Source of the DNA: Histomonas meleagridis 2922-C6/04-290x
Lineage: Eukaryota; Protista; Parabasalia
Length of the DNA: 64,000 nucleotides
Assembly (NCBI GenBank): GCA_020184695.1
Contig: JAANOX010000153.1
Location: forward strand, 992,001 to 1,056,000
Reading direction: 5' to 3'
The translations under genes were made by a program, and so were the position numbers. The stretch's first letter is position 1; each line of letters starts with the position of its first letter. The notes beneath the pieces were generated by a model. That model made no database searches, was not told the origin of the DNA, and saw only the letters and a program-made list of their open reading frames with translations. Below, piece by piece: positions 1 to 10,600 of this stretch.

Positions 1-354
1 TGTTAATTGTTATTTACAAAATTTCATTGAATCTATTCCATAGAAATAAAATTGTAAATGATTTTACAAAGGCAGTGATCATCCCAACTCGTCTTATTTT
101 TGATGGGAGATTCATTGGATTATGTAAAACAAAATACATTAAGTAAATTTACATAGTTTTCATATCTGAAATCAAATTCTTGGGGAATAATCAAGTTTCA
201 AAGGAATGAGGGCATTTTTTGCATGGATTTTAAATCCGGTTTTGACGGCCAACGTATACAAAAGTTCTATTGAAAATCCGGAAAAAATAGAAAATTGAAA
301 GGGTGTTCAAAAATTTCTTAATTCAAATATTGAATTCGTTATTGTATTCTTTGC

Positions 355-1026
355 ATGAAAAAGGAGAAAAATAACGAAACAGGAGCTCTTGTGCACCTTT
401 TCCGAGGAGAAGGAAACGAAGCTGAGTTGGTAGTTCTTCGAAAGATTTGTATGCGATATGGGATACAGTCATGGGATATAATGCACTACTATCTTCCTTG
501 GAAAAATAGATCAGAAATAAGATCGACGCTATGTAAGGTGTTAGGGAAGCAAGCCATTAGTGAATTCAGGTCAATAAGGGCTGACCCACTCAAAATATCA
601 CAGGAAGTAAAAAAAGATTACCAAGAGGGAAGGTCTGATATCGTGAAAAAAGGAGGAATACTAGTAAACCAAAAATGGGATAGATCTCCTGAAGAAAGGG
701 CTCAAATTCTCAAGGACAATATTGAGAAGTTCGATATGAACGATAAAGAATCTATCGAAATAGATATACCCCCGATTATGAAAGTCAATTTTTTGCAAGA
801 AAAAACACAGAAACGTAGAATAACAGATATTTTATTCCGAGCAGCTTTGCTTGCTGAAAGAGCCAAGAGGCGCGGAGAACAAATTAATGACCTTAAACTT
901 GAAAATATTATTGTTGTTCCTGGAAAGAAAGTTTATTATCATACACCGTTTACCGAGTTAAAGTATTCTACAGATGCTTCTTCATTTATATTTGATGTTT
1001 CCAAAAACTTTGATGATTTTGATTAA
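355..1026 (+). CDS. Hypothetical protein, possible Myb/SANT-like helical domain
   Basis: 223-aa ATG ORF; segment LRKICMRYGIQSWDIMHYYLPWKNRSEIR loosely resembles a Myb-like repeat. Confidence 0.55.
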   Translation: MKKEKNNETGALVHLFRGEGNEAELVVLRKICMRYGIQSWDIMHYYLPWKNRSEIRSTLCKVLGKQAISEFRSIRADPLKISQEVKKDYQEGRSDIVKKGGILVNQKWDRSPEERAQILKDNIEKFDMNDKESIEIDIPPIMKVNFLQEKTQKRRITDILFRAALLAERAKRRGEQINDLKLENIIVVPGKKVYYHTPFTELKYSTDASSFIFDVSKNFDDFD

Positions 1027-1382
1027 TTTCAAATAACATAAATATGTATATCTACAATTTTTTGTTTAAATGTGTTTAATACTTTTGATTGATGAAAAAT
1101 GCATTGACACGTAAAAAGAAAGGATGAACTTTGTTAATAAGAAAACATTTAAATGTAGTAGTTTGCTTTAAAAGAGTATTGGTAGTAAAGATTTAAAGAA
1201 GAATTCATTCTTGATGATTGGCTGTATGATTTGTTGGTTGGCTTTACAGTCAAAATGTATTCAATCAATTTTAACAAATTCTGTGCTCAAATTTTTGATT
1301 TACGTTATATGATCACAAAATTGAATGACGTTCCAGAGGTTTAATTGAAAAAAGCCGCATTAACCGAATATTCAAAAGAGAA

Positions 1383-2450
1383 ATGCTCTTCCTTCTTTGC
1401 TCATTTGGGCTCTCCGCCACTGTGACATGGAATGAGCTCCAAAGCAGAAGCAAGTCGACTATTTGCTCAAAATATAATTCCCTCTACAAAGCTAAGCATA
1501 CTGGAAGTTGTCATACAGCTTCATCATCAAAATGCAACATTGGAAAGCATGCCGCTCAAGATTATACTGATGCTCTTAATCGCCTCAATTTCTTCCGTTA
1601 TCTTACAGGACTTTCAACACTCAAGAAGTCAACAAATTCAACTCTTATCAAAGAACAGAATCAAGCCTGTCTCATAATGGAAACCAACAATGTGTTTTCA
1701 CATAGCCTTTCCTCATCTCTTTCTTGCTATACTAAAGGTGGTGGTTTAGCAGCCAGTAAATCTAACATCTATTGGCATTCAAGAGCAGCATGCGCCAGTG
1801 CTTCAATCAACAGCTACATGAATGATAATGGTGTTGATAGCCTTGGTCATCGTCGTTGGTTATTACTTCCCACATTAAGTGAACTTGCAGTTGGTGTTGT
1901 TGGTCATTATTCCGCACTTCGTGTCATGCAATTCCCACGCACGTCCACATCCTCTCCGAAATTCATTGCATATCCACCACCAGGACCTGTTCCATCTGAT
2001 TTGATATATTCATATTGGTCATTCAGCCGTCAATGGAATCCAAAGAGCCAATCAGCTCATAACATGCCATCGGACACAAAAGTTAGTATAACTTGCAATG
2101 GCAAATCGATTTCAGTATCACAGAAATTATATACCGAAAACACGGCTATGTACTCTGGAATAGTTAAGTTCAAGCCCGCACGTCTTCCAAGCGTCGGAGA
2201 GAAGTTCGACGTAACAATCCAATCGAAGAGCGCAAACACAGTGTGGAAATACTCCGTCACAGCAGTGTCATGTGCATCCAACGAAGCGAACGAAATGGAC
2301 GAAGAGATAGAAATTGAGCAAAATTCCGAACTTACAACAGAAGGTAAAATCACAATAAGTACTGTAGTAATCGTCGTCGGAATTGCAATCATCGCATTTG
2401 TGGCATTTTTGATAATAAGGAAGAGGTCATTAAAGTACATCCCTCTCTAA
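1383..2450 (+). CDS. CAP/SCP-domain surface protein, bacterial-type CAP with signal peptide and C-terminal TM helix
   Basis: Hydrophobic N-terminus MLFLLCSFGLSA; CAP motifs LNRLNFFRYLTGL, FSH, GHRRWLL; TM ISTVVIVVGIAIIAFVAFLII followed by RKR. Confidence 0.75.
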   Translation: MLFLLCSFGLSATVTWNELQSRSKSTICSKYNSLYKAKHTGSCHTASSSKCNIGKHAAQDYTDALNRLNFFRYLTGLSTLKKSTNSTLIKEQNQACLIMETNNVFSHSLSSSLSCYTKGGGLAASKSNIYWHSRAACASASINSYMNDNGVDSLGHRRWLLLPTLSELAVGVVGHYSALRVMQFPRTSTSSPKFIAYPPPGPVPSDLIYSYWSFSRQWNPKSQSAHNMPSDTKVSITCNGKSISVSQKLYTENTAMYSGIVKFKPARLPSVGEKFDVTIQSKSANTVWKYSVTAVSCASNEANEMDEEIEIEQNSELTTEGKITISTVVIVVGIAIIAFVAFLIIRKRSLKYIPL

Positions 2451-3215
2451 ACAATACTTCAAGCTGATTGTTGAGGTTTGTGATATGAAATAAGGGGAAA
2501 TTGAAAGAATAAACCGTTTATTTCAATGTTATATTTTGATTTGTGATATTTACATAAAACAACATCACTTAACTCAGAGATTTGAAACTAAATTAAATAA
2601 ATATAACAAGTTATTTAAAAATATGATAGAGTTATTCCAAATTTATTAAAAAAACATTTTTCATATGGAATTTCATGAGGAAATTATCATTTTGTTCAAT
2701 TTACTTCATCATCTTCAAATTCTTAAAAAAACTCTATGTAATATTGTACTTAGAGGATACTTGAACAACTTTACATATGGTGTAATCTTTTGCATTTTTT
2801 GGGATTTAATCAACAAACATAAAGCATTATCAATGTTTACTCTTGAAATTGATTTGCTTTGATATTTTTTAGGAATTTTTTGATTGTATTTAATAATTTT
2901 TTTTCATTAATTCTGATTGAAAAAAATTTAATGTATTTCATTTTAACTACACTGATGGTAATTTGTTATTTAATTGATATTTTATTTTTCATTTGGTTGA
3001 CTATTTTTTTTTAAACATATTATGTTAATAAAAGTCTTTCACGATATAATAATTAAAAATGATTGTAACAATCAGATTGTTACTTTAGTAGAATACCCTG
3101 AAGCCGAATGGAAAAACAAAATTTTTTTCTGAGAAAAATTTGTAAAAATTTTTACTGGGAATTGTATAGTTTACTTCACGAAGATCTAACAAAAGTGGCA
3201 ATCTCGCCCTGAGAG

Positions 3216-3875
3216 ATGGCTTCCTCAACTGAATTCTCGAAAAAATCAAAGCATTCGGTTATGACTGATACTGACTCATCAGATGCATCCGGGGAGCGTG
3301 GTTCATGGATAGATTCATATCTTGAGCAATCATTTGGTGATTGGTTTTGCAACATTCCTTTATCTTTTGCTGGTGATGGTTTTAATACATTTGGAATTGC
3401 AATTGATCAGGCTCGTGCAAAGTCAGCATTTCATCACCTTCTTGGTTCTGATTCTGACTCAAGTGATTCTTTTGATTCTGATAGCGAAGAAGAAATTGAA
3501 AGGTGCACAGAAAAAATATTTGGCCTTATTCATTCTCGTTATATTTTCACAGCCGACGGCTTGAATGAAATGAAAAAGAAATATCAAGATGGTGTTTTTG
3601 GTTACTGTCCAAGGTTTTACTGCAATAAACAAAACCTTCTGCCTCTGGGACTGACAGACCACCCAGGAGTTGCTACTGTTAAGTTATATTGTCCAAATTG
3701 CAAACAAATATATGAAGCAGATGATGTTCATTCAAAAATTGATGGCGCTTTCTTTACAAAAAGCTTTGCTCATTACTTCCTTCTCGAAATGAACCAAATG
3801 AAAAATGGTCGTGCTCAAATCGATCTCAATAATATAACAAGTGAATTTCAATCACCATGTCCCGTTTTTATATAA
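3216..3875 (+). CDS. CKB: Casein kinase II regulatory (beta) subunit
   Basis: SWID, DGFN, FGLIHSRYI, zinc finger CPRFYC...LYCPNC, IDGAFF. Confidence 0.93.
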   Translation: MASSTEFSKKSKHSVMTDTDSSDASGERGSWIDSYLEQSFGDWFCNIPLSFAGDGFNTFGIAIDQARAKSAFHHLLGSDSDSSDSFDSDSEEEIERCTEKIFGLIHSRYIFTADGLNEMKKKYQDGVFGYCPRFYCNKQNLLPLGLTDHPGVATVKLYCPNCKQIYEADDVHSKIDGAFFTKSFAHYFLLEMNQMKNGRAQIDLNNITSEFQSPCPVFI

Positions 3876-3912
3876 CTAAACATTCTCATTGATTCTCTTT
3901 AAATTACAATGT

Positions 3913-4218
3913 TTACTCTTCATCATCATCGAAAACTGCATCATCAGGAATTGGTTCGTTTGGATAGTTTTGTGGCTTAACGCGAATGTGTAAAATATTG
4001 TTGCAACGAATAAGCAAATCACCTATAGGAGTTGATGAATCGAGTTTACCTTTAATATATTCTTGACAATCTCGAAGATGAATGTTCATTCTTGTATCAA
4101 ATGATACTAATGTTCCAACGTACTCAATTCCCCACTTTAGACGTACAACGATTTCATGGTTAATCATACTTGACAAAAAAGGAGCTGGATGGAGGTATGT
4201 TGTTGTCGCACCAGACAT
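3913..4218 (-). CDS. SmF: Small nuclear ribonucleoprotein SmF
   Basis: PAPFL...VRLKWGIEYVGTLVSFDTRMNIHL...IGDLLIRCNNILHIR matches Sm1/Sm2 motifs of SmF. Confidence 0.88.
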   Translation of the reverse strand: MSGATTTYLHPAPFLSSMINHEIVVRLKWGIEYVGTLVSFDTRMNIHLRDCQEYIKGKLDSSTPIGDLLIRCNNILHIRVKPQNYPNEPIPDDAVFDDDEE

Positions 4219-4261
4219 TTAAATGTAAACCACCAGAATTGACAAGCTTTGTTTCGAAGAG

Positions 4262-4280
4262 AACGGTTTGGTCGTCCTTT
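4262..4280 (+). promoter_or_regulatory. Putative Trichomonas-type M3 (AACGGTTT) plus M5 (CCTTT) core promoter of RPL38 within a 68-bp divergent intergenic region
   Basis: AACGGTTT at 4262-4269 and CCTTT at 4276-4280, 6 nt before ATG 4287; M5 is known from T. vaginalis ribosomal protein genes. Confidence 0.55.
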
Positions 4281-4286
4281 ATCAAT

Positions 4287-4511
4287 ATGCCAAAGTCAGT
4301 TGCAACACCTCGTAAATTCCTTGAACTTGCTGCTCGCCCTGACTCAAAATGGGTTAAGGTTAAGAAGGTAAAGAATGGTGATACAAAGTTCAAGCTTAGG
4401 ACAACCAGATATCTTTACACTTTAACCGTAAAGCAACCAAAGTTTGTTCAACTTGTTACAGAATCAATTCCACAAGGACTTGAAGTAATTTACCTTGACA
4501 AACGCGAGTAA
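4287..4511 (+). CDS. RPL38: 60S ribosomal protein L38 (start at ATG 4287, not 4170)
   Basis: MPKSV...KFLELAARPD...TKFKLRTTRYLYTL. Confidence 0.93.
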   Translation: MPKSVATPRKFLELAARPDSKWVKVKKVKNGDTKFKLRTTRYLYTLTVKQPKFVQLVTESIPQGLEVIYLDKRE

Positions 4512-4890
4512 ATAAAAAATTTTGATTTTTTCAATAATCATTTCTTTTTTTTTAATTCCACGAAACTATTTTTATCCAAATCAAAATACTCGAAGTCACA
4601 CATCATTTTAAGACGATATTATTTTGATAATTTTTTGAACAAATGTTAAGAATTCTTGTTTTAATTCCAAGACTAGACTTATTTTGAAGCCCACGATAAA
4701 AAAGCAAAGCCAGAAAATATTTAAAGAAAAAGGAAATGATGTTTTCATCGGAGATTCGAATCTTCAATGCTTCCCTCACAATCAATTCAAATATTTGAAT
4801 GAGATTCACAAAATTTGAATGCAAAACTAGCCACTTGAACATTTTCTGTTTCCTCTCATTTAACCGTTACTTTGCTCAGCCACATTTCCA

Positions 4891-6111
4891 ATGATTGACC
4901 AAGAATTCATCGATAAGTATCAAAGTATTGTGAGACTTGGCTTAATTGATGATAGGTATCCTCTAGATCATACCACAATTCAATTACCTAATGGTTGGTA
5001 TGGAATTAATTCCATATTAGAAGGATTTGGTCAAGTCCTCCATGATAAGTTTGAATATGATGAAATGCTGGTTCCAACCATATCAACAAAGGCACAATTT
5101 AAAGCAATTCCTGATGCACTTAAGGGTAATCTTGATGAGAAAGTTCTCAAAATCACTCATACTGGACTCACAAAACTTAACGATCCATTCTATCTCTCTT
5201 ACCATCCTGAGCTTGTTATTCCTCAAATAGAGAAGTTAACGACCCGTTCATATCGTGATCTTCCAGTTAAGCGTCTTATCAGCTATTTCAGGTATTATGA
5301 GAGCAAAGGATCTGTTGAGGTTTCTCTCATCACAGACAGAGAATATCCAGCTCTTGATGCTGAAGGAATATTTGCAACTGAAGAAGAGTATAATAAGGAG
5401 ATCGAAGAAGTTACAAAAGAGTTCAAACTTTTCCTTTCCGAAAAACTTCACCTTTACGTTTTCACAGCTGAAAAGGATCATTGTCTCAAGTATTATGCAG
5501 TTCTCCCAGATCTCACAATTCTTGAAGTTGCTTGTCTCTACAAATATGGCAAAGAACTTTCAGCAGCAATTGAGTTTCAAGTGCTTGAAGCTAATAACAA
5601 ACCTGCTCCACCATACATATTTGATTTGAACATCACTTCCAAGATGTTTGCAGCCATTGTTGCCAACAATTCAGAGGTTGGCAAAGTTATTCTTCCATCC
5701 CATTTAATTCGTGCTCATGGTACAGCATATGGAGTCAATATATCTGATTACAAAGGAATCAGAATTGACACCACAAACAAAGCCTTCACAGCTGATGCAT
5801 TCAAGAAGATCATCTCTGAAGGTCAACTTTTCGCACTCAAACCAGCAGATGCCGGGAAAGTGACACTTGTTCTTGAAGGTGGAGAAGAAACAATTGATGA
5901 TGCAGCACTTGAGGAAAAACTTCGCGAAGTCGTAAAGAAGCATGATGAAGAACTTGAAGTAAAAGCAAAGGCTCAATTCGAGGAGAGAGTACAAAAAGCA
6001 GTAATTTGTATCGAAAAAGGAGCTGCTGCGCCTGAAGGATACGTTGAAATAGGAATTAAAGATGGTGAAAAAGAAAAAATTGCATATGCAAAACCATTTC
6101 TTCCTCTTTGA
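4891..6111 (+). CDS. Prolyl-tRNA synthetase-like protein with degenerate catalytic motifs
   Basis: RSYRDLPVK, LPNGWY, DEMLVPTI and overall layout of eukaryote/archaeal-type ProRS; RPTSE and motif 2/3 residues altered. Confidence 0.65.
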   Translation: MIDQEFIDKYQSIVRLGLIDDRYPLDHTTIQLPNGWYGINSILEGFGQVLHDKFEYDEMLVPTISTKAQFKAIPDALKGNLDEKVLKITHTGLTKLNDPFYLSYHPELVIPQIEKLTTRSYRDLPVKRLISYFRYYESKGSVEVSLITDREYPALDAEGIFATEEEYNKEIEEVTKEFKLFLSEKLHLYVFTAEKDHCLKYYAVLPDLTILEVACLYKYGKELSAAIEFQVLEANNKPAPPYIFDLNITSKMFAAIVANNSEVGKVILPSHLIRAHGTAYGVNISDYKGIRIDTTNKAFTADAFKKIISEGQLFALKPADAGKVTLVLEGGEETIDDAALEEKLREVVKKHDEELEVKAKAQFEERVQKAVICIEKGAAAPEGYVEIGIKDGEKEKIAYAKPFLPL

Positions 6112-6145
6112 ATAAATGATTGAACAATAGATTTATTGCTTCCTA

Positions 6146-6360
6146 GTTAAGTTTGTTGGTCTTTACCATTACGGTGAATAAGTTTAACATAATTTTTTGG
6201 ATTTATCAAATGACAAAATTTGTAACGGCAAATTATAGCGGTTTCGGAGGTTTTGTCGGGCCAATGGTGACGAAGAGTGGTGGCCGCGTGGGAACCCACG
6301 ATTATTGTCACTGACACAATGGATAGTCATAGTCCTGTATGCTCTTTAGCATTACAGGCC
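6146..6360 (+). ncRNA. Candidate structured non-coding RNA, family not identified
   Basis: Four consecutive hairpins containing G-U pairs and an AATTTTTTGG Sm-like site in a relatively GC-rich island between two convergent gene ends. Confidence 0.35.
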
Positions 6361-6549
6361 CCAAGAAGCCAACATTATTTTTAACAAAATCAAATTATTA
6401 TCATTTTAAAATTATAATTTTTCTGAGTTATTTAAAAATTTGTTTATTCACTGCCTAGACAGTGAAACTTATTTAAAGTGTGTTGTTTAATAAAAACATT
6501 CAAATTCAATTAATATATGATTAAAAAAAATATTGAAAGAAGCTATCCT

Positions 6550-6972
6550 TTACTTCACGGATGCTATACATCTTGCAAGAAGCTCGGATTCTTGAATTTC
6601 AGAGTAATCATTGGCTTGAATTCCAAGTCCAACACCTGGAAGTGCATTCTTAAATGTGACTCTTGTGGATGCTGATATCATTTTCCTTCTTGCTGGTGCA
6701 TTGTTTGGTACCCATGAGATGAAAATAAGTCGATTTCTAAGATTGCCTTCTTCATCATGAAAATCGTAATCATAAACAGCAAAACAAATATCACGTTGAG
6801 GAAGGTCATTAATAAGGTCTTCATAAGTCTTTCCTTTTGGTCCTTTTTTATCAACAACAATGAATCTTTCATCATTACTGATTGTGAAAAGAACATAGCT
6901 GTACTTGTGTCCAATCTTGAAATCATTAAACACTTGCATGCAGTCATCATGTATCTTAATTCCTGTGAACAT
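6550..6972 (-). CDS. cofilin: ADF/cofilin
   Basis: GIKIHDDC...FNDFK, YVLFTI, CFAVYDYDF, LIFISWVPNNAPARRKMISAST; initiator TCATTTT upstream. Confidence 0.9.
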   Translation of the reverse strand: MFTGIKIHDDCMQVFNDFKIGHKYSYVLFTISNDERFIVVDKKGPKGKTYEDLINDLPQRDICFAVYDYDFHDEEGNLRNRLIFISWVPNNAPARRKMISASTRVTFKNALPGVGLGIQANDYSEIQESELLARCIASVK

Positions 6973-8352
6973 CAGTCAATAAAATGAAGTTAAGAGGACA
7001 TCACATTTCTTTCATCAAAAAACAACCGTTAGGTTTGAAATATTTGAATTGATTTCTGATAAATAACCATTTGAATTCAAATTCAAAGAAAATTTTGGAA
7101 AAATAATCACTTTTGAAAAGGTAAACTTTTGACCAAAGACCTTTGTTGCGCATGAGTGGAAACGAAAGTTTTAATAATTTTGAAATGTAATGATGTTATG
7201 AAAGAGATTTTTAAAGGTTAATCATGGAATGTATTGCAATTTTATTTAAATTTTAAATAAAAGATTGTTTTACTTCACAAGTTTTTATAACCATCTTCAG
7301 CCAGGTTCATTAATGAATTAAAGCTTAAATGTTTAATAGTAATTAATGAATTTCGACCATGAGATTATTATATTAAATAAAGAAATTCAAAAACATTTTA
7401 CATCTTGATTATATAAATGAAAAATATTTATATTAGAATGGAATTATCAAATTCATTGTCTTTAAAACAAATGAATCTTCTTCAATATAATATTAACATT
7501 TATGATAATGTATTTGGTGTGTTTTCTTCATTTTCTTTGTTCCCATTGTTTTGTTTATGTTTTATAAATATTTATAACCAAACAATGGTCACAACATCAA
7601 TAATTATAATTATAATATTATTTTATCTTATTAAAATGAATATGAAATTAAATTCATTAAGTAGTTAAAATAAATGTATAAATATGATTAGAATTGTATG
7701 ATTATAAAGTTCGGGGTTTGTGAAATAACTTATCAAATTACATACAAACTTTTGTGAAACATCTTTATATATGTAATTCGTAATTTCATAATCAACATTA
7801 GAATCTGCATTAACTGTACGTAATCAAATATTCAATGTACATTGGTGCACTTTAACCCATAAATTATAAAATTTCCAATTCTTTAAAGAAATTTTATTCA
7901 GATTGTCCAGAACCAAGTTTAATTGATATCTAAAATTCATGTAATATTAAATACATGAATCGGATATATATTTCCCTAAATAATTATTTGATAAATAAAA
8001 TTGAATTAGAAAAATTTTAAAAGAAAAGGAAAGGAAAAAAAAGGAAGAGAAGAAAACTTTTACTTAATAAACAAACCAAAAAAATCATGAGGTAAGCATG
8101 AACCGCAAGCGCCTGGAAATTTAATTAAGTAAATCATAACAAATATAGCGTGAACGGAATGATTTTGGTTTTACAAAAGTTCTTAATAATTTTTATATTT
8201 AAATATAACAAAATCATTTTTTTCTAAATTTAATCACAATACATGTAGTTCAAAAGTGTTTTCGCATTCAAAAATATATTGATCCAATCCAAAAAAACAA
8301 AAAATCAGTCAGCTTTTGAAACTTATATTTAAGAAAGTTGTTTGTTTATAGA

Positions 8353-8967
8353 TCATGATAAATTACATATAGAATTACTTTTTTGATTTGGCTCTTTGCA
8401 AGTATTATTTATTTCTTCTTTCTTATTTTGCGCATCATTTATAAAATTTTCAACAATTTTAGTTACCAAAAAAGTAAATGCTTCAAAAACATTGATTTCT
8501 TTAAGAGATGATGCCTCGAAGAAAATGAGATTTTCACTTTTGCTGAACTCTGCTCCTTCTTCTATTGGAACTTCTCGATTTTGATCAAGATCGCATTTCG
8601 ATCCAATAAGCATAATAAAAGCTTTGTTATTTGAAAATTCCCGAACATTTTTAACCCATTGTGGAATGTTTTCAAATGTTCTTTTTTTTGTAATGTCATA
8701 AAGAAGAATTATACCATTTGAATGACGATATAAAGCCTTTGGAGGGATTCGAATTATTTCAGCACCACATAAGTCCCACAAGTGTACTCTAACAGATTTC
8801 CCTTTTATTATCAAATTTTTTTTAATAAAATTTTGTCCAATTGCTATGGATTTTCTAGGCATGCCAAAATTAACATATGAAACAAAGGTTGTCTTGCCAA
8901 CACATGGTTCACCGCCCATGGCTATTTTACAAGTAAAATCTGGTTCTTCTTGATCAAGCACTAACAA
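8353..8967 (-). CDS. Divergent Rab-family GTPase; no in-frame ATG before the P-loop
   Basis: GEPCVGKT, WDLCGAE, GSKCD, EASS; nearest ATG (8975) is out of frame across an A5 run. Confidence 0.75.
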   Translation of the reverse strand: MLVLDQEEPDFTCKIAMGGEPCVGKTTFVSYVNFGMPRKSIAIGQNFIKKNLIIKGKSVRVHLWDLCGAEIIRIPPKALYRHSNGIILLYDITKKRTFENIPQWVKNVREFSNNKAFIMLIGSKCDLDQNREVPIEEGAEFSKSENLIFFEASSLKEINVFEAFTFLVTKIVENFINDAQNKKEEINNTCKEPNQKSNSICNLS

Positions 8968-9361
8968 TTTTTCATATCACATATCGTTCGCAATGAGTTT
9001 CTAAAGTTTTTAGGCATGAGACACCATCCATCAAAAAAATTTCCTGTACCATTCATAAGCTGTACGATAAGAATGTTTAATGGAAGCTATGCATGGGAAA
9101 CCTTTAAAACAAATTCAATTCCACCTATATGGAAAGATCAAGTAAATTCGATCCACAACCCTTACCATTCAGCTTCTCTTCAAATTTTAATAAAAAGCTC
9201 AAGAATATTTATGTCGGAAGAAGATGTGAAATCATGAAGTTCTGGCCAAAGTTCTATCGTGTTTATCAAAGTTCAATTGAAGAACAGTTTGAAAATATTC
9301 AATAAATTTGAAAACATTTGATTAGAAGCCGTTACCATTGCTCCCAGGCGCTGCAATCCAC

Positions 9362-10600
9362 ATGTTTTCGCTTACTTCAACAGAGAACGTAGCTAATGCC
9401 TTAGAAAGCCAAAATAATACTAGCGTTCTAAAAGAATATGAAAATTTAATTTCGAAAAAAGATAATGTTCCTACATTTTATTCAAATACAAAAACTAATC
9501 CTTACAATTTTATCACGCAAATATCAAAAGAAAATGCATTCATAAAGCTTTCCAACGAACTCATCACAGAAGAAGATTATTTCGAACTATCAAAAATATT
9601 ATTATCATACATTTCGGATGATTTTTCATTCAAAAAGGTGACTCTTAGGTACAATGAATATGTAGAATTCCGGGAAAGATGCCCAGAGCGCCTCCAAAAA
9701 TATCTTAAATCTCAACTTTTTCTTGAACTCTCAAATAATTCAACAACATTTATTAATGTTACTGACCTACTTCAATATCTTTCTGTTCAATGTTATTCTT
9801 TTAAATATTATAAACAATTAGTTTTATGTGATTCTAATAATGATGGATTTCTTACAAAGGAAGAATTTGTTACATTCCTTGAAAACGTATCTGAAGGGCG
9901 TGTATTTCTTACTACATCCAAAGGAAAAAACATTCAACAAGATTTCATCACATTTTCCACAACAAGAATATTCTTAGCATTAGATCCACTTGGAACTCAC
10001 TCCATATCAATTGATCATCTTGTTAATAGCCGACTCTTTCTCTGTCTTTTGCAACTTGAAACTCCTCGTAAGAGTAACAAAGGACCGTTTTCTCCGAAAA
10101 CCGTCGAACGGTTTGTATCGGAATTTCAGAATCTTGACGCCGATAACGACGGTTTCCTCACAAAAGACAACATCAAAAAACTTCCGAAGATCAAGTTCAC
10201 AACGCTATTTATTGATCGATTTTTTGAAGTCTATAGCAACGATGGGAAGCTTGATTTCGAAACGTATCTTAAGCTTAAGTTATCATGGAAACATTTGAAA
10301 GAGCCGTGGGCAAATCGAATCATTTTCGATGTCCTTGATATTGATGGCGATGGAATCCTTTCGTATTTCGAATGTAACTCGTTTTATCAATGCTTGTCAA
10401 AGGAATTCCAAAAGGTATCGAATGGGAAAGAGCCTGTTTGCTTCGAGTACTTCATTAGCGAAACTTTGGACATGTGCAGTTCCATCGGATTAGAAATAGA
10501 GAAAGACGCATTTGTCAATAATACGGCGATAGATCAGTTTGTGAAGGATTTGGTCGATATTAGCTATTACGCTGAATCTGAGTTCAAAATGTTTTTATAA
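9362..10600 (+). CDS. EF-hand protein, PP2A B'' regulatory subunit-like
   Basis: EF-hands DSNNDGFLTKEE, DADNDGFLTKDN, DIDGDGILSYFE; LDPLGTHSISI; first ATG at 9362. Confidence 0.7.
   Translation: MFSLTSTENVANALESQNNTSVLKEYENLISKKDNVPTFYSNTKTNPYNFITQISKENAFIKLSNELITEEDYFELSKILLSYISDDFSFKKVTLRYNEYVEFRERCPERLQKYLKSQLFLELSNNSTTFINVTDLLQYLSVQCYSFKYYKQLVLCDSNNDGFLTKEEFVTFLENVSEGRVFLTTSKGKNIQQDFITFSTTRIFLALDPLGTHSISIDHLVNSRLFLCLLQLETPRKSNKGPFSPKTVERFVSEFQNLDADNDGFLTKDNIKKLPKIKFTTLFIDRFFEVYSNDGKLDFETYLKLKLSWKHLKEPWANRIIFDVLDIDGDGILSYFECNSFYQCLSKEFQKVSNGKEPVCFEYFISETLDMCSSIGLEIEKDAFVNNTAIDQFVKDLVDISYYAESEFKMFL

Noticed and set aside
4170-4286. N-terminal extension of RPL38 from 4170
   Set aside because: It overlaps the SmF start on the other strand; homology and promoter motifs point to ATG 4287.
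8086-8150. GAG|GTAAGC 5' splice site or reverse-strand U1 5' end (ATGCTTACCTC)
   Set aside because: No U1 stems follow on the minus strand, and splicing to the nearby TAG gives only a short low-complexity peptide.
7000-8340. ORF 7417-7668 and the long AT-rich interval as a gene or mobile element
   Set aside because: The composition is I/N/F/L-rich junk, with no terminal repeats or transposase motifs visible.
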